A stretch of 60,016 bases of DNA, filler included. It is 8 parts of 8 records of this genome, joined end to end, with 100 filler letters (N's around TTAATTAATTAA, not from the genome) between each part and the next. Parts side by side here need not be neighbours in the genome. Positions count along the whole stretch, not along the records: positions 10,079 to 19,187 come from SRR31156797_30248; 7 more parts are not named here. One strand, 5' to 3'. Within the stretch, counting starts at the first letter, position 1, and the number at the start of each line of letters is the position of its first letter. Below the pieces are notes generated by a model that ran no database searches, was not told the DNA's origin, and was given only the letters and a program-made list of their open reading frames with translations. Below, in pieces: positions 10,079 through 18,459 of the stretch. The position numbers and the translations under genes were made by a program.

Positions 10079-10183
10079 CCCTATCGGGATCTCCCCTAAA
10101 AAGGGAGACCGTTGAAATCAATAACTTTTGTCCGTTTTCAACTTGTTTCCCTACTAGGGAAACTGTCGACAGACTAAAGGGTG
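10079..10183. repeat. Pair of REP-like palindromes at the contig start
   Basis: TCTCCC-N7-GGGAGA (10090-10108) and GTTTCCCTA-C-TAGGGAAAC (10145-10163). Confidence 0.5.
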
Positions 10184-10301
10184 TACTATTTTCTAGCTTA
10201 TTACTTTTCTTAAATACTAAGATCTTTACAAGCTCCTCAATTTTCCGTAACTTACTTGTTACCTATTGAATTTTAGAATATTAACTAAAATTAAACCTAA
10301 A

Positions 10302-11228
10302 ATGAAGAATTACGGAAATTTATGGAAGTGGTGCGGATTGATACTCTTATTTTCATTTATGGCATTGAAATTATCAGCACAAGAACCACAAGTAAAAAAG
10401 AGAATAGCAGTTTTTGTTTTCGAAGATAAAACGGATAAAAGCTGGAGATGGTGGAACAATAAAGGTGTTGGTGCAGGCGTAAGCGATATGTTGACCACTG
10501 CCTTGGTAAAATCGGGCAACTACAGGGTAATGGAACGCGCCGAATTGGATAGAATCCTTAACGAACAGGATTTCGGACAGAGCGGAAGAGTAACCCAACA
10601 AAGTGCTGCTAAAATTGGACAAGTTTTAGGTGTGGAAATAGCCGTTATTGGTTCTGTATCGGAGTTTGGATACAAAAAAGGAGAAACCGGAGGCGCCATA
10701 AAAGGCTTGGGAATAGGTGTTTCAAATCAGCAAGCCGTTGTAGGTGTTGATGTCAGGATGGTGAATACCGATACAGGCGAAATTATCACTGCAGAAAATG
10801 TTCGCAAGAAAAAATCAGCAAAAGGAATCAAGCTGCGTACCAACAAACTGGCTTTTAAGGATAGGAAAGATTTCGACGAATCATTGGTTGGTAAAGCTGC
10901 CCGTGAAGCCATTGAAGATGTAGTTTCCATGATCGATAACAGTGCCAATAATATTCCATGGCAAGCCAAAGTGATTACTGAAAAAGGTGGCATTGTTTTC
11001 ATCAACTCAGGAGAAGCTGATGGCTTAAAAGTGGGTGATGTTTTTGCAGTTTACAGAAAGGGTGAAGATTTAATCGATCCCGACACGGGCATATCATTGG
11101 GAAGTGTTGATTCTAAAATTGGAGAGATAAAAATAACCGATGCCAGTGTTGGTAACGGGAAAGCCTCGAAATGCAGTATCGTTCAAGGATCTGGATTTGT
11201 TAAAGGGAATTTTGTAAGATTAAAATAA
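10302..11228 (+). CDS. CsgG/HfaB family protein with FlgT-C-like C-terminal domain
   Basis: KKRIAVFVF, ML.TALV.SG.Y.V.ER.EL..IL.EQ and AAKIGQVLGV motifs; C-terminal VFINSG..DGLKVGD.F.V....LIDPDTG..LG; start moved to ATG 10302. Confidence 0.85.
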   Translation: MKNYGNLWKWCGLILLFSFMALKLSAQEPQVKKRIAVFVFEDKTDKSWRWWNNKGVGAGVSDMLTTALVKSGNYRVMERAELDRILNEQDFGQSGRVTQQSAAKIGQVLGVEIAVIGSVSEFGYKKGETGGAIKGLGIGVSNQQAVVGVDVRMVNTDTGEIITAENVRKKKSAKGIKLRTNKLAFKDRKDFDESLVGKAAREAIEDVVSMIDNSANNIPWQAKVITEKGGIVFINSGEADGLKVGDVFAVYRKGEDLIDPDTGISLGSVDSKIGEIKITDASVGNGKASKCSIVQGSGFVKGNFVRLK

Positions 11229-11240
11229 AAATAATATACC

Positions 11241-11268
11241 GTAAGGGCGTTGCATGCAACGTCCCTAC
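11241..11268 (-). repeat. GTAG-family REP palindrome between convergent genes
   Basis: Minus strand GTAGGGACGTTGCATGCAACGCCCTTAC. Confidence 0.85.
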
Positions 11269-11283
11269 AAAAGGTATTTGTAC

Positions 11284-11913
11284 TTAATCAAAAATAGGTT
11301 CCAACTCCTTATTTCGATACAGTTCAAACATCTTAATGATCTGTTCTTTTGTGACTCGCCTTACAGATAATTCGGGTAAGTTGTCTATTGAGAAAAAACC
11401 CACATCGCTTGTCTCGATTCCAATTTTAGCTTCTCCACCAGTAATCTCACATTCCATGAACAATTGATACAAATCAAAAGGAAAAGGTTTGGATTGATGC
11501 TTGTTGTAATCAATTAAACCAAGAATTCTAATGGGCTTTACATCGTAACCCGACTCTTCTTTCACTTCATTCATAACAATCTCGCTGGGTGTCATTCCAG
11601 TATCGGCATATCCACCAGGCAAACACCATTTACCATCCATTTTCTCTTTTACCATCAGGATTTTATCCTCACGAAAAACGACTGCCCTCACCCCTACTTT
11701 TGGCGTTTGATATCCAATATCTCTATTGAAAACAAAATCGAGTTTTTGGGTATCAATATCAGTGATATTATTTATGATTTCAATACTTAACTGTTGCAAT
11801 TCAAGGTATCGTTCTTTGTCGAATTCATCTTTTGTAAAGGTGAGACCCGATTGGGCAATAGAATTAATCTTCTTGGCTATTGTTAGCCAATGATCGGGTG
11901 TAGTATTTGTCAT
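11284..11913 (-). CDS. NUDIX hydrolase with Nudix_N domain (ADP-ribose pyrophosphatase YjhB-like)
   Basis: IAQSGLTFTKDEFDKERY N-domain; GYQTPKV; Nudix box PGG.....MT......NEVKEESG; likely start ATG 11913. Confidence 0.92.
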   Translation of the reverse strand: MTNTTPDHWLTIAKKINSIAQSGLTFTKDEFDKERYLELQQLSIEIINNITDIDTQKLDFVFNRDIGYQTPKVGVRAVVFREDKILMVKEKMDGKWCLPGGYADTGMTPSEIVMNEVKEESGYDVKPIRILGLIDYNKHQSKPFPFDLYQLFMECEITGGEAKIGIETSDVGFFSIDNLPELSVRRVTKEQIIKMFELYRNKELEPIFD

Positions 11914-11953
11914 TTTAAGTTTTTTAATATTCAATTGTGTGTCCAATTAATCA

Positions 11954-11977
11954 GGACTTTACATGTAAAGTCCCTAC
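11954..11977 (-). repeat. GTAG-family REP palindrome overlapping the ppgK stop codon
   Basis: Minus strand GTAGGGACTTTACATGTAAAGTCC; its TAG is the ppgK stop. Confidence 0.75.
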
Positions 11978-12714
11978 AGCATTCCATTTGCAGAAACCGC
12001 TGCACCAAGAATACCAGCACCATTCTGATACTCTGCAACCAAAACCGGAACATCCACATCAATTTCTGCTTCGAACTTTTCCAATTTCTTACTTGCACCA
12101 CCTCCAATAATAAAGCATTGTGGTGCACAAATCACATTCACATGATGAAGAAACTCATTGAATCTTTTTCCCCAAACCTGGAAGCTTAACTCTTCTTTCT
12201 TACGTACCGAATCGGCAGCATATTTTTCAATAATTTCGCCGTTGGTATAATTGAGTTGTCCCAATTCAAAGTTTGGCAATAGTTGACCATTAAAAAACAC
12301 ACCAGAACCTAAGCCTGTACCAATAGTAATCATCACCACCAATCCTTTCTTATCCTTGCCAACACCATATTTCATTTCTGCTAATCCTGCAGCATCTGCA
12401 TCATTAACCACCGTAAAATCAAGACCGGTTTTTTGACTGAACAATTCATCTATTTGAACACCACGCCATGATTTATGCATATTACCATGAGCCATTGCCT
12501 TACCTTGAGATATGATGGTAGGAAAACCACATCCTACGGCTCCTTTCCACTTGAAATGCTTGACCAATTGTTGAATAACTTCCGTAACATTTTCTGGAGT
12601 GGATGGTTGAGGAGTTGGTATTCGGTGTCTTTCCGTAATCAATTCACCTGTTTCAATATTAACAATCGCTCCCTTTATTCCTGATCCTCCTATATCGATT
12701 CCGAGTATTTCCAT
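11974..12714 (-). CDS. ppgK: ROK-family polyphosphate glucokinase
   Basis: GIDIGGSGIKGA, RHRIPTPQP, NDADAAGLAE, TIGTGLGS, LPNFELG, IIGGGASK. Confidence 0.9.
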   Translation of the reverse strand: MEILGIDIGGSGIKGAIVNIETGELITERHRIPTPQPSTPENVTEVIQQLVKHFKWKGAVGCGFPTIISQGKAMAHGNMHKSWRGVQIDELFSQKTGLDFTVVNDADAAGLAEMKYGVGKDKKGLVVMITIGTGLGSGVFFNGQLLPNFELGQLNYTNGEIIEKYAADSVRKKEELSFQVWGKRFNEFLHHVNVICAPQCFIIGGGASKKLEKFEAEIDVDVPVLVAEYQNGAGILGAAVSANGML

Positions 12715-12884
12715 GCTTAATTTTGTAGTGGGGTTTTTAGATGCTGTTAAAAATACAAATTATAGGCGTATTTAAAGCACCATAAATTGCTCAAAATTGA
12801 ATTAATTGAATCAAGATAAGAAGATATACTTCGAACATAATTAGCAAAAATTACCTACATTTAGTTTTCAAAAATTGAATCTAT

Positions 12885-13310
12885 ATGTCTGATCAAAATA
12901 TGCAAGTAGAAATGCCCATCAGTATCAAAGCCTACGATATTGATGCTATGGGAATCGTAAGTAACATTGTTTACATACGTTGGTTTGAAGATTTACGCCA
13001 CCTTTTCCTCGATAAATATTACCCCTACGATGTAATGATGGGTGATGGCATCTCTCCCATTTTAATGAAAACAGAAGTCTCGTATAAATCTCCATTAATC
13101 ATTTCCGATCATCCCACAGCTATCTGTAAAATCGTAAACTTGGGAAATAGCAAATGGGAAATGGAATTTGTAGTAAAATCAAAGGATACCATTCATTGCA
13201 CAGGAAAACAATTAGGTTGTTTCTACAATTTAAAAACCAGAAAGACATCACCTGTTCCATCCATTTTACGGGAAGCATACAATGAATTGAAACAGCAAAC
13301 TCAAAATTAA
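12885..13310 (+). CDS. Acyl-CoA thioesterase (4HBT/YbgC family)
   Basis: YDIDAMGIVSNIVYIRWFE hot-dog fold motif. Confidence 0.9.
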   Translation: MSDQNMQVEMPISIKAYDIDAMGIVSNIVYIRWFEDLRHLFLDKYYPYDVMMGDGISPILMKTEVSYKSPLIISDHPTAICKIVNLGNSKWEMEFVVKSKDTIHCTGKQLGCFYNLKTRKTSPVPSILREAYNELKQQTQN

Positions 13311-13327
13311 ATCGAATCACTTTTACT

Positions 13328-13873
13328 ATGCAGACAAAAACAAAATACATCTCCTTATTGCGAGGCATTAATGTTGGCGGCAAACGAAAAATTCTGATGG
13401 CTGACCTCAAAGCACTCTATACCGAATTGGGCTTTCAAAACTGCATAAGCTACATACAAAGTGGCAATGTAATTTTTGAAGCTCAGGAACATTCAAATCA
13501 GGAATTGGCAAAGAGCATTCAGGAAGCAATATCAAAAAAGTATGGCTTCGATGTACCTGTAATTGTACGAACCAAAGACGAATGAGAACAATCCATAAAA
13601 GCAAATCCTTATGCTGAGAATTGTGATACAGCCAGCTTACACCTGACCTTTTTAAGTGAAGTACCGAATGCAGAACTGATTAAAGTAGCTAAAGACAAAG
13701 ACTTTTCACCCGACGAATTTCAAATCATAAATCATGATGTTTTTCTGCACATTCCCGGAAAGTACCATCAAACAAAAATCAGCAATCAATTTTTCGAAAA
13801 GAATTTAAAAGTAAGCGCCACCACACGCAACTGGAAAACAGTAATGAAGCTTTGGGAGCTGGCAGAACAGTAA
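13328..13873 (+). pseudogene. DUF1697 family protein interrupted by an in-frame TGA (13583-13585)
   Basis: YISLLRGINVGG and YIQSGNV at the N-terminus; the same frame continues after TGA to ...ANPY...ATTRNWKTVMKL...TAA at 13873 (181 codons). Confidence 0.88.
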
Positions 13874-13963
13874 AATCTCACTACACTTTATTATTAATAC
13901 TGTACAATAGTTAGATATTTATCGTTAGATTTAAAAACCTAATTTCTTTTTCAAATTCCAAGG

Positions 13964-14278
13964 ATGAATATTTTAAATGCCTTTTTTATTTGCCAGGTAA
14001 CTAAAACCCCTATTAAAATAGGTGAATTGTGGAAAGCAAATCGAAGTGTGAACAATTTTGATAGCTATATACAAGCCATAGTAACTTTAAACAAAGCAAA
14101 TATTACCTATAGCAGAGAGCATTTTAACAAATGTTATTTAGAGGGAAGAAACATTCGTAACATCTCATTCGGCTTAGTTGCAGCAAAAAACAATAAAATA
14201 GAATTGTCATTGACTGAGGCTATTCAAAAAGATAAAGAAAAGGTTGATTTGTTAGAAATGTACAGTAAAAACAAATAG
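13964..14278 (+). CDS. Small protein resembling the N-terminal helical region of FloA/YqfA
   Basis: CYLEGRNIRNISFGLVAAKNNKIELSLTEAIQKD resembles FloA HYLAGGNV..VV.ALIAA.RANIEL.F..AAAID (recalled consensus). Confidence 0.5.
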   Translation: MNILNAFFICQVTKTPIKIGELWKANRSVNNFDSYIQAIVTLNKANITYSREHFNKCYLEGRNIRNISFGLVAAKNNKIELSLTEAIQKDKEKVDLLEMYSKNK

Positions 14279-14854
14279 ATGCGAAAGATCATCACAATAC
14301 TCTTAGTATTATCAAATTTAGGACTTGGTGCTTTTCTTATTCTGACCTTTGTTAAAGATAGAGACCCCATCTCCCATCCTTTTGATGTGAACTTTAATAT
14401 GACAGAAAAAAGTTTGCTTAAAAATGGGTACAAAACTATTCCAGAAGATGTCCCCTTACTAGGAAAAAGAATTGGCGATACCTTAATTTATTATCAATTC
14501 GATGAAGAATATGATATCGAAACTGAGCCGGTTAAAGTAATTTCTAATGGAGATACCGTAATAGAAAATTGGTCGACAGAAAAGGTGTCGAATTATAGAT
14601 TAACCAATATTAGATGGAGGCATTGTGAAATTAGGATTAATAATCCTGACAGCACACAAATTGAAGAATTCATAAGAAAATACAATGGCTATATTATCTC
14701 AGATTGGAATATGAAAAATCCAAGATTTTTTGTGCGAAATAAAAATAACAATCTGATATACGACTGCTCACTTCAGAAAGATCAAGAATTTAAAGATGTA
14801 TTAGCAATATCACTGTTCTTTCCTAAAATACAAGCAGAAAGACAAATACAATAA
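14279..14854 (+). CDS. Hypothetical membrane-anchored protein
   Basis: 191-aa ORF, N-terminal hydrophobic helix, abuts the upstream stop. Confidence 0.65.
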   Translation: MRKIITILLVLSNLGLGAFLILTFVKDRDPISHPFDVNFNMTEKSLLKNGYKTIPEDVPLLGKRIGDTLIYYQFDEEYDIETEPVKVISNGDTVIENWSTEKVSNYRLTNIRWRHCEIRINNPDSTQIEEFIRKYNGYIISDWNMKNPRFFVRNKNNNLIYDCSLQKDQEFKDVLAISLFFPKIQAERQIQ

Positions 14855-14882
14855 TCTACAACCAAACGAAACCTTTAAAAAC

Positions 14883-15164
14883 ATGAATAAACTGCTTTTA
14901 TACGTAAGCCTATTTTTTATAAACCTAAGCAAAAACCCAAACTTTGTAATAGAAATAAAGAAGGGAACCGCATCTCTTAAATCAGGTAAAGTTTCTAAAA
15001 ATTTTATCTCAGATTGCCAGGATGTTATCATGTACGAGAATGCTCAATCAGGATTTATTTATGGGGTAAAAGGACAATACGGAAAACTAATAATTAAAGC
15101 TTCTAGTGATATTTCACCAGTTCAGCTACAAAAAATTCGAAACTTATGGAGTTTTTATTCCTAA
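14883..15164 (+). CDS. DUF3634 family protein
   Basis: FVIEI..G.....GKV...FISDC...G.IYG...QKIRNLW pattern. Confidence 0.65.
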   Translation: MNKLLLYVSLFFINLSKNPNFVIEIKKGTASLKSGKVSKNFISDCQDVIMYENAQSGFIYGVKGQYGKLIIKASSDISPVQLQKIRNLWSFYS

Positions 15165-15248
15165 CAATCGACTTAATGAGTAAAATATAAATAAGGAAAT
15201 CCTTCGATATCACCCGACACTTAACAAACTCCTGCAAACCAATTAAAT

Positions 15249-16151
15249 ATGAATATCAGCTATAGCATTCAAAAAGTTAATTTCTTTGCAGATCAATTCG
15301 AAGACAAAGGAAAAGTGAACGAAGAAGAATTGATTGATGCATTCTATAATTTTCCCTTTGTTGAACAGTTTGAGGAAGCTAAAATTAGAAAATTGACATC
15401 CTGTTTTCCTAAAATTATTTTTAAGAGTGATTGTGGACTATCTCTACGTATTTGGGCAGAGAGTGAAGAAGGTTTTTTCTTAAAATATGAAAACGAATCG
15501 CAGGAATCAGAATTTTATATTTCAAACGAATTCAATGCAAGTAATGATGGATTAATTGTTGAGGATATCATTGAACTTTTTAGCAAAGGAAAAATAGAAA
15601 GCCTTTTAACATTACGTCCAAAGGAATATGCCGATCGACTTGCCGCTTTAAGCAAGCAGCTGAAAATTAGCAGTGATGATCAAGCAAAACTCTACAAATT
15701 TAAGGAAAAGAAGAAATTCAAACATTTTACATGGCTAATTGTATGCCTTACCTCTACCCTTATCTTTTCTTTCTTTTTAGAAGGAAGAGATTTTGATATT
15801 GCATGGAAGATTTATTTGTTCTTTAGTATGTATTGGTTACCATCACTGCTACTTTACTTTAGCTATAGGCTTAAAAATGAAAACACCACCATCCTTATTG
15901 ATCGAGAGTTAAAAACCATTACCTATGAAAAAGATGGGACAAGAATTAAGCTTAATCGGGCTGATATTTGTGATTGTTCATTGATCGAAACCCGATCATC
16001 CAGAAGATTTGTACACTCTTTTCGTTATTTATCAATAGAGCAAAATAATGAAAGGAACTTTGTTATTACAAATTTAATAGTTGAACCTGAAGTAATTATT
16101 GAAGCACTTAATTTGCATTATAGAGTGAAAAGAAAATTTTTACCTTTTTAA
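15249..16151 (+). CDS. Hypothetical membrane protein (soluble N-domain, 2 TM, PH-like C-domain)
   Basis: 300-aa ORF with two central hydrophobic segments. Confidence 0.65.
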   Translation: MNISYSIQKVNFFADQFEDKGKVNEEELIDAFYNFPFVEQFEEAKIRKLTSCFPKIIFKSDCGLSLRIWAESEEGFFLKYENESQESEFYISNEFNASNDGLIVEDIIELFSKGKIESLLTLRPKEYADRLAALSKQLKISSDDQAKLYKFKEKKKFKHFTWLIVCLTSTLIFSFFLEGRDFDIAWKIYLFFSMYWLPSLLLYFSYRLKNENTTILIDRELKTITYEKDGTRIKLNRADICDCSLIETRSSRRFVHSFRYLSIEQNNERNFVITNLIVEPEVIIEALNLHYRVKRKFLPF

Positions 16152-16192
16152 TCTTGGTATAGATACGATAGCTAACAAAATTACAACTAATC

Positions 16193-16645
16193 ATGACCTA
16201 CGAATTTATTAAAACCCGATTAGCGCCTTGCGGTTTGCACTGCGGAAAATGCTTTGCTTTTAAAGATGGTGATATTGCCAAAAAGAGCCAGGCCCTGCAA
16301 AATGACTTGGGAAAATTCTCGGTTTATGCTGAGCGATTTGTAGATTTACTGAACAAACCAGTATTCGAAAAATATCCCGACTTTAAAGAGATGCTGGATT
16401 ATTTCTCTCTGGCAGAATGCTCGGGTTGCCGAAACGAAAAATGCAAACTGTTCGCAAATTGTAAGGTACGCTCCTGCTCCGAAGCAAAAGGAGTTGACTA
16501 CTGCTTTGAGTGTACTGATTTTCCTTGTGGCAACACCGGATTCGATGAACACCTAAACCAACGCTCCGTAAACACCAACAAAAGAATGAAAACCATTGGT
16601 GTAGAGGAGTATTACCGGGAGATTAAGGACAAAGCCAGATACTAA
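16193..16645 (+). CDS. DUF3795 Cys-rich protein
   Basis: APCGLHCGKC, CSGCR, CKVRSC, YCFECTDFPC. Confidence 0.9.
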   Translation: MTYEFIKTRLAPCGLHCGKCFAFKDGDIAKKSQALQNDLGKFSVYAERFVDLLNKPVFEKYPDFKEMLDYFSLAECSGCRNEKCKLFANCKVRSCSEAKGVDYCFECTDFPCGNTGFDEHLNQRSVNTNKRMKTIGVEEYYREIKDKARY

Positions 16646-16668
16646 AAAAAGCCCCAATAAAGGGGCTT
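16644..16668 (-). terminator. Terminator between convergent genes
   Basis: AAGCCCC-AATAAA-GGGGCTT with A7 on the left (T run on the minus strand). Confidence 0.75.
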
Positions 16669-16743
16669 ACCAAAATTATGAATTCTTCAATTATCAAAGG
16701 TAAATGTGAAAACTAACTTACGAACATTCTAAAAAAGTTCTAC

Positions 16744-17376
16744 CTAATCCAATGCTTCTAATGTAATTTTTATGCCTTTGGAACGTAAACCAACTTCTTT
16801 ACCGTTCTTCATAAAATAAGCATAATATTCACGAAGCTCAGCCTGAGTAGCATCTCGTCTCTCTCGAGTATCATCGAAATAAGGATGAGCCACTACGCAT
16901 TGAAAATCGTAAGGACCTCCGTTAATTCTGCCGTACAAACGAATGCCTTCGAATGGTGTTTTTTCATAGGTAATGTGAGGCACTCCAGCTACCATTTTTA
17001 CATGTAAATCCGGCGCTTTGGTATCCGTATCAATAATTTTTACTGTATTATTCATACCCAAGTCTTCCAACATTTCGGGAGTACAATTTGGACTGGCTTC
17101 CACCAATTTCTTGAAATCCCGCACTATCTTCTCTGTTGGCTTACGATTGGTTTTATAATTTAAAGTTGATGCCTTAGAAGCCATTTTTTTGGCTATTTTA
17201 TCCTCTCTAATATCCGATAAGGTTTTTAGAGCATCAAGTACGGTGGCCACCTGTTCAGGTGAAATACCAAGCGTTTCAGCATACAAATTAATTTTTCCAC
17301 TAAAATTGTTTGATTTTAAATCAAAGCCTTCTTCTGATTTCTCAACAAAGTCTTTCGGAATTGTTATTTGACTCAT
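16744..17376 (-). CDS. Hypothetical protein: N-terminal helical bundle + C-terminal Ig/FN3-like domain
   Basis: About 210 aa from ATG 17376; C-terminal P.L.V....HITYEK...GIRLY.R...PYFD.R...REYYAYF....EVG..S beta-sandwich-like pattern. Confidence 0.75.
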   Translation of the reverse strand: MSQITIPKDFVEKSEEGFDLKSNNFSGKINLYAETLGISPEQVATVLDALKTLSDIREDKIAKKMASKASTLNYKTNRKPTEKIVRDFKKLVEASPNCTPEMLEDLGMNNTVKIIDTDTKAPDLHVKMVAGVPHITYEKTPFEGIRLYGRINGGPYDFQCVVAHPYFDDTRERRDATQAELREYYAYFMKNGKEVGLRSKGIKITLEALD

Positions 17377-17849
17377 GATAGCAGTTTTATGGTTTAACAT
17401 TTTAGTCTTAATTAAATTTAACAAATCACAAATCATATAAGCAAGACATTTCCAATTATTTTGACGAAAATAAGAGCATAAAAGTCTGTAAGCCTTTATT
17501 TATAAGACTTTTATTTTTTAAAAATATTCCATTTTTCACTTCTTAAACTCTCTTTTTTTAGTCATTTTTTCTTCTACACTTTTTAGAAAAAGACTATGTT
17601 AATTTAAAATTTTATTTATATGTTTTATTAATCGATTTTTTAATTGGCAAAACTCTTCAACATCCCTTATCTATCCTACTCTTGGCATAAGAGATCAAAA
17701 TTACCTTCCAAGTTTCAAAAAATGACGTTCTAATTTTTTGTTTCATATTCGTGTAACACACTTAGCCCTACAAGTCTTATGTATTAGCACATCAAGAACA
17801 ATATCAGCTATATTAAACTAACACATTCATAATTAAATTGTAAAACATT

Positions 17850-18100
17850 TTCTCAAATTCCGAGAAGTAGAACCCACATTCTCAACTTCTGAGAATGTAA
17901 ATTTGATATCGAAACATGCATTTTTGAGGTGTAAATTTATATTCTACACTGTTCAGAATAAAACCAAGAGTTTTAAATGACTGTTTCTATTTTGTAGAAT
18001 TCATTCTCATTGTTTGAGAATGAACATCCTTAAGTGTAGAAAACTATAGCGGCAATGAAGATTAGAATCTGAAACTTATAAAATGAATGGCAAGATTTAA
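17850..18100. repeat. Non-coding array of degenerate TTCT-N9-AGAA palindromes with ~21-nt phasing
   Basis: Copies at 17850, 17879, 17942, 18004 (plus an outlier at 17572 and an N7 variant at 17985); AGAA recurs at 17996, 18017, 18038. Confidence 0.6.
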
Positions 18101-18334
18101 AAAAATGTGGAACATATAGTACAGAAGTTTACAATAGAATCTGGTTTTTGCTTCACCTAAAACAAACGCCTCTACCCTTCCAATTTATAAAATCTTCTCC
18201 AATTATCCTAAGCATTAAAATTTCATAATAAATACGATACAATATTTGTTATTTATCATTAGATTTATACTTTACATTAGTAAGAGAGGAAATTTTCAGC
18301 CAATGGCTAAAACATCTCTTGCAAAAAACAAAAA

Positions 18335-18446
18335 GTCAGTTAGGTATAATTTTAACCGACAACACAAAGAATAACAACAACTTACAACAAACGTCACATA
18401 AGTGATATAAGTTGCATTGCAACATATACATACGTTGGGTGTAATT
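18335..18446 (+). mobile_element. attI/attC-like recombination site preceding a cassette gene
   Basis: Ends ...CATATACATAC-GTTGGGT-GTAATT (GTTRRRY at 18434-18440); internal palindromes GTCAGTTA/TAACCGAC and GTTGCA-T-TGCAAC. Confidence 0.55.
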
Positions 18447-18459
18447 AAAAAAAAATGAC

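Noticed and set aside
13583-13585. Selenocysteine or genome-wide UGA=Trp recoding
   Set aside because: The context is not a Cys/redox motif, no SECIS-like hairpin was evident, and other genes in the contig use TGG with no internal TGA.
17850-18100. Possible CRISPR array or hidden coding region
   Set aside because: No constant repeat with unique 30-40-nt spacers, no cas genes, and the frames translated contain stops; kept only as a degenerate dyad array.
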